From assembly GCA_023246655.1 (NCBI GenBank), contig JAHFHX010000005.1:67-64066 (forward strand): a stretch of DNA of 64,000 nucleotides. The letters are read 5' to 3'. The notes beneath the pieces were generated by a model. The model did not search any database. It had not been told where the DNA came from and saw nothing but the letters and a program-made list of their open reading frames with translations. The position numbers were made by a program, and so were the translations under genes. How positions within the stretch are numbered: position 1 is the first letter of the stretch; the number at the start of each line of letters is the position of its first letter. This document shows, piece after piece, positions 51,976 through 59,938 of the stretch. This DNA comes from Candidatus Magasanikiibacteriota bacterium. Lineage in GTDB: Bacteria > Patescibacteriota > Patescibacteriia > Magasanikbacterales > GWA2-37-8.

Positions 51976-52431
51976 AATTTTCAATTTTTAATTTACAATT
52001 TTCAATGAATGATCAATTTCCAATTCAGCTCTTTTTACCGTCTAACGTCATTAAAATTTTTTGAAAAATCAACGTTAACTCCTGAGCTTCTTTCCAATTT
52101 ATTCGCAATTCCTCTTGTCTATTTGCGTCGGTGGTCGCTAACATTCTTAACCAATGTTTTGTCTCCTGAACTTCCTTTTTACAAATATAAATTTTATTTC
52201 TAAAATCTTTTGGTGATGAGGCGCCATTAGCCTCCATATAATTTGCTCCAACACTCGTAGCCGACCGTAGTATCTGGGAAACAATAGAACGATTAAATTC
52301 ATTAAGTGTCAAACTCTTACAAAATTTAATAATAATCTCACCAAAGCGAGCCGTCCTATCTTCCAAATCATATTTTGAAAATTGAGTCATTGCAAATTGA
52401 TTGAAAATTGTAAATTAAAAAATTGAAAATT
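51976..52431. mobile_element. Putative IR-bounded cassette carrying a four-helix-bundle gene, inside the pyr cluster
   Basis: 51976-52006 matches the reverse complement of 52400-52431 except for one extra T. Confidence 0.6.
52025..52390 (-). CDS. Four helix bundle protein
   Basis: YDLEDRTARF, QILRSATSVGANYMEA, KEVQETKHWL. Confidence 0.93.
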   Translation of the reverse strand: MTQFSKYDLEDRTARFGEIIIKFCKSLTLNEFNRSIVSQILRSATSVGANYMEANGASSPKDFRNKIYICKKEVQETKHWLRMLATTDANRQEELRINWKEAQELTLIFQKILMTLDGKKS

Positions 52432-52896
52432 TCAAAGGTTATAATCCTTAATCTCTTCCTGTTCAAAAATTTTCTCGCAATATTTGCAACTCAACTTAAT
52501 CACCGTGCCGTAGCGTTTTACAGAAAACAAGGTCGTCATGCGCTCAAAGTTGGTAATGCACTTGGGGTTGGGGCATACTACTACGCGTTCGATTGTTTGC
52601 GGAATTTGGACTTTAAATTTTTTGGTGACTTTATAATTTTTAATAATATTAATTGATGCCTCGGGAGCGAGCAAAGCAACCTCGTTGGCTTCTTCTGGCG
52701 TGAGTTCACGCCCCTCCACTTTGATTAAATCTTTGTGCCCCATGGCGCGGCTGGGGAGGTTAAGACCAACCGTGACAACCTTCTTGTGATCAGGGAGACG
52801 TAAAACGCGAATAATTTTTAACGCTCGGCCAGCGGTAATGTGGTCAATCACGGTGCCGTCTTTGATGGCGGAGACTAGTAATTCTTGTGGAGTCAT
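52432..52896 (-). CDS. pyrI: Aspartate carbamoyltransferase regulatory subunit
   Basis: IKDGTVIDHI, CPNPKCIT, CKYCE. Confidence 0.96.
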   Translation of the reverse strand: MTPQELLVSAIKDGTVIDHITAGRALKIIRVLRLPDHKKVVTVGLNLPSRAMGHKDLIKVEGRELTPEEANEVALLAPEASINIIKNYKVTKKFKVQIPQTIERVVVCPNPKCITNFERMTTLFSVKRYGTVIKLSCKYCEKIFEQEEIKDYNL

Positions 52897-52935
52897 AAGA
52901 TATTTAATTATTTTGAGTTACAAAACATCAATTTT

Positions 52936-53138
52936 TGTCATCCCGAGCGCACGAGGGATCTCTGGCTCACACATTTGTCATTTCGAGCGGAGTGACGCCT
53001 CGCGGCGGAACGAAGTCGAGAAATCTCGTCGTATCGTTGCGAGATTCATCCACTACGCTCCTTCGTCGTCGCTTCGGTCGGAATGACAAGTAAGCCAGAG
53101 ATCCCTCGTCGGCTGCGAAGCCTCGCTCGGGATGACAG
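52936..53138. repeat. Nested composite TGTCAT..ATGACA palindromic element
   Basis: One element (about 52976-53088) lies in the loop of another (52936-53138). Confidence 0.85.
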
Positions 53139-53144
53139 TGTATG

Positions 53145-54062
53145 TTAGAATTTTCCTAAAACCAAACCAAACAGCGCCTCGCGAACATACAACCCATTCT
53201 CAGCTTCTTGAAAATAATAGGCATACGGCGTGGCATCAACGTCGGGGGCAACTTCGTTCACGCGCGGCAGGGGATGAAGGATTTTTAAATTTGATTTTAC
53301 ACCCTTGAGCATAGCGGCGGTGAGTACATACGCATTTTTTACTTTCTCATACTCCGCTGGATCACCAAAACGCTCTGCCTGAATGCGGGTCATGTAGAGA
53401 ATATCAACTTTCGGCAGTATCGGTTCTAATTCGGAATGTAGAGAAAATTTAATGCGACTTAATTTAAATTCATCCAAAATATATTCCGGCATCTGGAGCA
53501 TTTCTGGCGCGACACAGTAAACCCGCGAATTAAAGTGGCACAGTGCCTGTGCAAGCGAGTGTACCGTGCGCCCATATTTTAAGTCACCAACAAACGCAAT
53601 GGATAAATTTTCTAATTTTTTTTGCGTTTCCTGAATGCTCAATAAATCCAGAAAAGTTTGGCTGGGGTGTTGATTAGCGCCATCGCCGCCATTGATGATG
53701 GGTTTTTCGCTCGCTTCAGCTGCTCGGCGTGCTGCTCCTTCCAGCGGATGGCGCATCGCAATAACATCCGCATATTGCGAGATAATTTTAATTGAATCAT
53801 AGAGTGTCTCGCCTTTTTTAGTGGAGGTAACATTTGGATCAGCGAAACCAATAACCTTACCTCCTAGACGTTGCATAGCGGTTTCAAAAGAAAGCCGGGT
53901 TCTAGTGGACGGCTCAAAAAAACAACTCCCGAGGACATAGCCGTCGAGGAGTTTTGGCTGCGGTTTCTTTTTGAGCGCGCTCGCTACTTTTAGAACATGA
54001 AGAATTTCTTCTTTGGTGAATTCTTTGATGGAGAGGATGTCGCGATTTTTAAATGTGAGCAT
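53145..54062 (-). CDS. pyrB: Aspartate carbamoyltransferase catalytic subunit
   Basis: [33 protein letters not shown]. Confidence 0.98.
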   Translation of the reverse strand: MLTFKNRDILSIKEFTKEEILHVLKVASALKKKPQPKLLDGYVLGSCFFEPSTRTRLSFETAMQRLGGKVIGFADPNVTSTKKGETLYDSIKIISQYADVIAMRHPLEGAARRAAEASEKPIINGGDGANQHPSQTFLDLLSIQETQKKLENLSIAFVGDLKYGRTVHSLAQALCHFNSRVYCVAPEMLQMPEYILDEFKLSRIKFSLHSELEPILPKVDILYMTRIQAERFGDPAEYEKVKNAYVLTAAMLKGVKSNLKILHPLPRVNEVAPDVDATPYAYYFQEAENGLYVREALFGLVLGKF

Positions 54063-54147
54063 AGTAGATGGTTATTAGTTAATCCCCCCTCGAGGGGGGC
54101 TCACGGGGGGTGTAAGACTCTTGTGTGGCCGTTTCGTCGTCCAACCG

Positions 54148-57100
54148 TTAGCGACGCAAAGGTCTCACACCCCCACTACCCCCCTCGAGGGGGGAATTTA
54201 CAAATTCCTGCCACGAGAGAGGCACTCCGTCCTTTTTTGCTCTATTCGTCAAACAATCCAGAAACAACATTGCCGTTTGCAGGTTGGTAATAATAGGCAC
54301 GTGATGGTTAATAGCCATGCGGCGAATTTGGTAACCATCAGTCGTCACTTTCTTGCCCTGGCCACTTGGAATATTTATTACCACATCCACCTCGCGCTCC
54401 GCAATTGCTGTCAACACATTTGGCTCACCGCCCTCGCGTGCTTTATATAAAAAAGCCGAGGCAATACCGTGGCGTGACAGAAAATCGTGCGTGCCTTCAG
54501 TAGCATAAATGTTCCACCCCTCTTCGTCAAGCTGTTTAATAGCCGGCAGAAGTTCTAATTTTTTATCGCCACCAATGGAGAGTAAAATATTTTTGCCCTT
54601 AACCGTTTGTTCAGTCGCAAGCCAGGACATAAAGAACGCTTCTTGGTAGTTGCGCCCCAGGCACGCCACCTCGCCAGTCGAGGCCATCTCCACACTGGCA
54701 ATCGGGTCCGACCCTTTGAGTCGGTTATAAGAGAATTGCGGGGTTTTTACCCCCACATAGTCCAAATCAAGGGTAAAATACTGGGCTGGCACGTGACGAC
54801 CCAGCATCACTTGCGTGGCAATCTCAATAAAATTATGGCCGGTCACTTTGGAAACAAACGGAAAAGAGCGTGAAGCACGTAAATTACATTCAATAACTTT
54901 AACCTCATTATTTTTGGCCAGCAGTTGAAAGTTAAAAGGCCCGGTAATGTTAAGCGCCGCCACAATCTGGCGCGCGATGTGTTTTGCTTGGCGAATTGTT
55001 TCGAGGTAGAGCCGCTGTGGTGGAAGTACAATGGTCGCGTCTCCCGAATGTACGCCCGCATTTTCAATATGTTCCGAAATTGCCTTAATCACAATTTCTC
55101 CATCCTGCGCCACGCCATCCACCTCCAATTCTTTTGCTCCAGTAATAAATTTTGACATTACCACCGGGTGCTCGGGCGACACAATCGCCGCTTCGCCCAA
55201 ATATTTCTCCAATTCTTCGTCACTCCACACCACATTCATGGCTGTGCCGGAAAGAATATATGAAGGGCGGATGATAAGAGGATACTGAACATCACTCGCA
55301 AATTTTTTAGCGGCCGAGAGGTTAGTCACTTCTTGCCAGGTTGGCTGGTCTATTTTAAGTTTATTCAAAAGTGCGGAAAATTTTTGACGATTTTCAGCGA
55401 TGTCGATTGATTGGGGGGAGGTGCCGAGGATGAGCATCGTCGGTTTACTGTCATCCCGACGACGAAGGAGGGATCTCTGGCTTACCGATTCAACTGTCAT
55501 CCCGAGCGAGGCCTCGCGGCCGACGAGGGATCTTTGTCCGTCGATTGGTGAGCCAGAGATTCCTTGTCGCTGCGGCGCTCCTCGGAATGACAATTGAGGG
55601 TATGCCTTCGCGAGTGGAAGTGCCAAATTATTCGGAATTTGCCCACCCACCGACACAATGATCCCCTTGGGATTTTCAAAATCCGCAATGTCGCGCACTC
55701 TTTCCAAAGTTAATTCTTCAAAATACAAACGATCTGATTCGTCATAATCAGTGGAGACCGTTTCCGGGTTAGAGTTGATAATAATGGGGGATTCATCTAG
55801 TTTGCGCAGTGTCCGGGCGGTGTTGACGGCGCACCAATCAAATTCTACGGATGATCCGATACAGTACGGGCCAGAGCCAAGGACGATAATGGATTTTTTT
55901 GTACTCGGTTTTATATCATGTTCGGTGCCATGATACGTTGTGTAAAGATAATTAGTTTCGGCAGAAAATTCTCCAGCCAAAGTATCAATTTGTTTTATCA
56001 CCGGCGTAATTTTATTTTTAATGCGCAGTTCTCGGATTTTGTCTTCGGTTGAGTTGATTAATTTGGCGATGGTTTTGTCGGAGAAGCCGAATTGTTTGGC
56101 GGTGCGGAACAACTCCCCCCTCGAGGGGGGTAGTGGGGGTGTGAGTCCTTTGCGTCGCGGATCATTCGCCAACCGTGAGCCACGCAGGGGTCTTACACCC
56201 CCCATGAGGCCCCCCTCGAGGGGGGATTTGCGAACGCTGTGTTCAACATCCACAATCGCCTTCACATGCTCCAAAAACCATTTATCAATCTTCGACATCT
56301 CATGAATTTTCTCCACACTCATCCCACCACGCATCGCCTTATAAATTGCAAACAAACGCCGATCGGTTGGGTGTTCAATTTCCGCCTCGGGATCAGGAAT
56401 ATCATGCGGATAGTCACTCAAGCCATTGGCGCCAATGTTTAACATGCGCACGGCTTTTTGGAGCGCCTCCGGAAATGATCGCCCAATTGCCATCACCTCA
56501 CCAACACTTTTCATTTCCGATCCAATGGTCCGTTCCGCGATTTTAAATTTCGTTAAATCCCACCGCGGAATTTTCACCACGAGATAGTCGAGCGCCGGTT
56601 CAAAACAGGCGGACGTTTTTTTCGTCACGGAATTTCGGAGTTCATGCAATTGTTTCCCCAGCGCTAGTTTCGCAGCGACGAACGCAAGGGGATACCCAGT
56701 GGCTTTAGATGCGAGCGCACTCGACCGGCTCAACCGCGCGTTCATCTCAATCACGCGGTAATCGCCGTTCTTAGGGTTCAGCGCATACTGAATATTACAT
56801 TCGCCGACAATTCCCATTGCTCGCGCTACCTTGATAGCTACCTCGCGCAGCATGTGATACTCCTCATTCGTCAGCGTCTGCGACGGCGCGACCACAATGC
56901 TCTCGCCCGTATGAATACCCATGGGGTCAAAATTTTCCATGTTACACACCGTAATGGCGGTGTCATTACTATCGCGCACAATTTCGTATTCAATTTCTTT
57001 CCACCCGCCCAAATATTCTTCAATCAAAATTTGGGGAGCACCATGCAGTGCTTCCCCGGCGCGTTCGCGGAGTTCAGCCTCATTCTCAATTTTTCCTGAT

Positions 57101-57627
57101 CCTAATCCGCCGAGCGAAAAACCCGAGCGCATCATAATCGGGTATTTTATTTTTTTTGCTGCCTCAAGGGCTTCCTCCACCGTCGTCACCGCAAAACTCA
57201 CCGGAGTCTTAATCCCAATCTTAGTCAAAGCCCTCTTGAAGAAATCCCGATCCTCAGTAATGCGTATCGCTTCCACTGGAGTCCCGAGAACCACAACCCC
57301 ATTTTTTTTTAACACCCCTTTTGCCTCCAACGCGAGCCCCAAATTCAGCGCCGTCTGCCCGCCAAAACCCAAGAGGATCCCGTCCGGTTTTTCTTTTTTA
57401 ATAATTTGCGAAACGGTTTCTAAATTGAGTGGCTGTAAATAAACCGTGTCTGCCATCCCCGGGTCCGTTTGCACCGTGGCAATATTGGGGTTCACGAGTA
57501 CGGTAAAAATTCCCTCTTCTTTAAGAGCTTTAATGGCCTGTGAGCCGGAGTAATCGAATTCGCCAGCTTGGCCAATGCGGAGACCGCCGGAGCCGAGGAG
57601 GAGGATTTTTTTAATTTGTTTGGGCAT
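54148..57627 (-). CDS. carB: Carbamoyl-phosphate synthase large subunit, with in-frame palindrome inserts
   Basis: GQAGEFDYSG, two ATP-grasp halves, MGS domain; inserts at 56112-56228 and 55449-55592; stop inside the 54081-54198 element. Confidence 0.97.
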   Translation of the reverse strand: MPKQIKKILLLGSGGLRIGQAGEFDYSGSQAIKALKEEGIFTVLVNPNIATVQTDPGMADTVYLQPLNLETVSQIIKKEKPDGILLGFGGQTALNLGLALEAKGVLKKNGVVVLGTPVEAIRITEDRDFFKRALTKIGIKTPVSFAVTTVEEALEAAKKIKYPIMMRSGFSLGGLGSGKIENEAELRERAGEALHGAPQILIEEYLGGWKEIEYEIVRDSNDTAITVCNMENFDPMGIHTGESIVVAPSQTLTNEEYHMLREVAIKVARAMGIVGECNIQYALNPKNGDYRVIEMNARLSRSSALASKATGYPLAFVAAKLALGKQLHELRNSVTKKTSACFEPALDYLVVKIPRWDLTKFKIAERTIGSEMKSVGEVMAIGRSFPEALQKAVRMLNIGANGLSDYPHDIPDPEAEIEHPTDRRLFAIYKAMRGGMSVEKIHEMSKIDKWFLEHVKAIVDVEHSVRKSPLEGGLMGGVRPLRGSRLANDPRRKGLTPPLPPSRGELFRTAKQFGFSDKTIAKLINSTEDKIRELRIKNKITPVIKQIDTLAGEFSAETNYLYTTYHGTEHDIKPSTKKSIIVLGSGPYCIGSSVEFDWCAVNTARTLRKLDESPIIINSNPETVSTDYDESDRLYFEELTLERVRDIADFENPKGIIVSVGGQIPNNLALPLAKAYPQLSFRGAPQRQGISGSPIDGQRSLVGREASLGMTVESVSQRSLLRRRDDSKPTMLILGTSPQSIDIAENRQKFSALLNKLKIDQPTWQEVTNLSAAKKFASDVQYPLIIRPSYILSGTAMNVVWSDEELEKYLGEAAIVSPEHPVVMSKFITGAKELEVDGVAQDGEIVIKAISEHIENAGVHSGDATIVLPPQRLYLETIRQAKHIARQIVAALNITGPFNFQLLAKNNEVKVIECNLRASRSFPFVSKVTGHNFIEIATQVMLGRHVPAQYFTLDLDYVGVKTPQFSYNRLKGSDPIASVEMASTGEVACLGRNYQEAFFMSWLATEQTVKGKNILLSIGGDKKLELLPAIKQLDEEGWNIYATEGTHDFLSRHGIASAFLYKAREGGEPNVLTAIAEREVDVVINIPSGQGKKVTTDGYQIRRMAINHHVPIITNLQTAMLFLDCLTNRAKKDGVPLSWQEFVNSPLEGGSGGVRPLRR

Positions 57628-57804
57628 AGTCTTTAACTGTCATCCCGAGCGAGGCTTCGCAGCCGACGAGGGATCTCTGTCTCAGTTTTTACTTTATCTT
57701 AGCCAAATTTATTAAATTTCACCCTGTCGTCACTTGCTTTCTTCTTCTTCTGCTATTATGCCTTGTTCCTCTAGCGCCACGGTAGCGCGAGAAAGGAGGA
57801 CAAA

Positions 57805-58032
57805 ATGGTGGCAGACATAGTAAAACCGTTACTGACTACTCTGATGGTAGTGTTCGGTTGGGGAGGGTGGTTTCTAACCTTTCAGGTTTTCGTGTCATGG
57901 GCCCTGTCATGGGCAATGGGCGGGGGGCGGGTCACGAACGCCGAGATGGCGGAGTGGGTGGGATGGTCGGTGCTCTTCACCGCCGTCCCCTGGTTGATTC
58001 TGCGCCGGCTTGACCGTCGGCCGCGGAACTGA
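57805..58032 (+). CDS. Small GC-rich 2-TM protein, antisense-oriented between carA and carB
   Basis: SD AAGGAGG, two hydrophobic helices, downstream hairpins and terminator 58096-58165. Confidence 0.6.
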   Translation: MVADIVKPLLTTLMVVFGWGGWFLTFQVFVSWALSWAMGGGRVTNAEMAEWVGWSVLFTAVPWLILRRLDRRPRN

Positions 58033-58185
58033 CCCCCCAAGCCTCGCCGCCACATCTCCGGCAATTCGGGAGACTGTGGCGGCGAGGCCAAGCGAAAAAC
58101 CAACCTACCAATCTCACCATGTTTTCAAATCCTTGAAGATATGGTGAGTAGGTTGGTTTTTTGTTTTAAAAGGACACTCGCCATT

Positions 58186-58350
58186 TGTCATTCCGACCGC
58201 AGGAGGAATCTCTGGCTCACTCAACGGTGTCGACATCGGTCGTTGGTTGAGCCAGAGATCCCTCGTCGCCGCGAGGCTCGCTCGGGATGACAGATCGCCA
58301 TAACCATTTAGCCATGTCAACTAGATCCTTCGCTCCGACTCAGGATGACA
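58186..58350. repeat. TGTCAT..ATGACA palindromic elements; one supplies the carA stop codon
   Basis: tgtcattccgacc..ctcgggatgaca and ctagatccttcgctccgactcaggatgaca. Confidence 0.85.
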
Positions 58351-59737
58351 CCAAGTTGTAGAATTTCTGAAATAAAAATTTCGTATCCGTCGGCCCCGGG
58401 CTCGCTTCCGGGTGAAACTGCACCGAAAAAAACGGCAGCGTCTCGTGCGCCACGCCTTCTACCGAATTATCATTCAAATTTCTAAAATTCACATACCAAC
58501 CCTTCGGGAGTGTTTTCTCATCCACCGCATACCCATGGTTTTGGCTGGTAATGACACACTTGCCCGAAAAGGAGCTACGCTCCCTCGGGCCAAGTTTCGT
58601 CCCTGCCCCGAGAGGGCCGCGCCCTTTTTCGGGGGCAAGTTCCATACATGGCTGATTCTGCCCGCGGTGGCCAAAGGGGAGTTTGTACGTTTTGGCGCCA
58701 GCGGCGAGCGCCATCAGTTGCGACCCCAAACAAATTCCCATAATTGGTTTTGGTTTTTTTCCGCCCGAAGCGGATCCGCCTTGGGCGGAGAGTGCCTTCT
58801 TTAAAATCGTAATCGTCTCCGTACACTGCGCCGGGTCGCCCGGGCCGTTGGAGAGGAAGAGGCCGTCGAATTTATCATTCGTGTAATCGTAATTGTAGGG
58901 CACGCGTTCAATAGTCCAGGGGAATTGTTGGAGGGAGCGGATGATGTTTTCTTTCATGCCGCAGTCCACGGCGATAATTGTTTTTGTCCGGCCAAGTCCC
59001 CCCTGTGAGGGGGGTAGGGGGGTGTGAGCCGTCGGGGACAATAAACTCGCATCCTTTGATAATTGGCGACGCACCGGTCTTACACCCCCCGGTGAGCCCC
59101 CCTCGAGGGGGGAGTTTCCGTGATACGTTTTTGGACGAGTGATTGAGACTTCGGCGACGAGATTGCGGGTATTGGGGTCGACAAAAGTGAGACCGCGAAC
59201 GAAACCCCTCTCTGTATCTCTCCCCTTATAGGAGAGAGAGTGATTGAGAGAAACGGCGATAGTTCCTTCGTTTACGGTTTTCCCTCCCCTATAAGGGGAG
59301 GGGCGCGGGGTGGGGTTTCGGTCACCGCTCACCATCGCCCCGAGCATCACCCCACTCTCCCTAATAATTTTCGTCAACGCCCGCGTATCCACGCCCATGA
59401 TAATCGGCACCTGTTCGTCCTTGAGCCACTCCAACAGCGACCGCAAGGCGGTAGCATGGCTATATTTCTCACACGCCTCACTTACCACCACTCCAGAAAG
59501 ATGAATTTTTTTGGATTCCCAGCGTCCAGGGCCAGGCACGCCGTAATTACCAATCAACGGATACGTAAACGTTAAAATTTGCCCATTATACGATGGGTCA
59601 GTCAGCGTTTCCACGTAGCCGGTCATGCCAGTGTTAAAGACGACCTCGCCATGAAAAACACCCTTCTGATGGGTGGGGGAGAGGCCAGGGAAGGATTGGC
59701 CGTTTTTTAGGAGGAGTTGGGAGGGGTTGAATTTCAT
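58340..59737 (-). CDS. carA: Carbamoyl-phosphate synthase small subunit, with four in-frame palindrome inserts
   Basis: GEVVFNTGMTGY, SNGPGDP, GICLG, SQNHGY, QFHPEASPGP. Confidence 0.96.
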   Translation of the reverse strand: MKFNPSQLLLKNGQSFPGLSPTHQKGVFHGEVVFNTGMTGYVETLTDPSYNGQILTFTYPLIGNYGVPGPGRWESKKIHLSGVVVSEACEKYSHATALRSLLEWLKDEQVPIIMGVDTRALTKIIRESGVMLGAMVSGDRNPTPRPSPYRGGKTVNEGTIAVSLNHSLSYKGRDTERGFVRGLTFVDPNTRNLVAEVSITRPKTYHGNSPLEGGSPGGVRPVRRQLSKDASLLSPTAHTPLPPSQGGLGRTKTIIAVDCGMKENIIRSLQQFPWTIERVPYNYDYTNDKFDGLFLSNGPGDPAQCTETITILKKALSAQGGSASGGKKPKPIMGICLGSQLMALAAGAKTYKLPFGHRGQNQPCMELAPEKGRGPLGAGTKLGPRERSSFSGKCVITSQNHGYAVDEKTLPKGWYVNFRNLNDNSVEGVAHETLPFFSVQFHPEASPGPTDTKFLFQKFYNLVSS

Positions 59738-59809
59738 AAGGATATCCGCCAGAGGCGGGATTGTCAGCCAGACGGACTCTCTGTGCGAACAGCTCGTCTC
59801 GTCGCTGAC

Positions 59810-59922
59810 AAAAAAATACCACCCATTGTCGGGTGGCCGTTAGTTTGTCTCCTGGTCAGTTGTATCGTTGGGATGGATTTTCATATCTAGCCCAGTATAA
59901 CAAACAGGAGTTAGGTAATCAA
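59810..59922 (-). promoter_or_regulatory. carA promoter and putative attenuator (14-codon leader plus terminator)
   Basis: TTGATT-17-TATACT; ORF 59884-59840 MKIHPNDTTDQETN; ccaccc-gacaat-gggtgg-tattttttt. Confidence 0.5.
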
Positions 59923-59938
59923 GTAGTACTATCCACAG

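Noticed and set aside
30985-52390. Four-helix-bundle genes as Avd of a diversity-generating retroelement
   Set aside because: No reverse transcriptase and no adenine-variable template/variable repeat pair were seen in the window.
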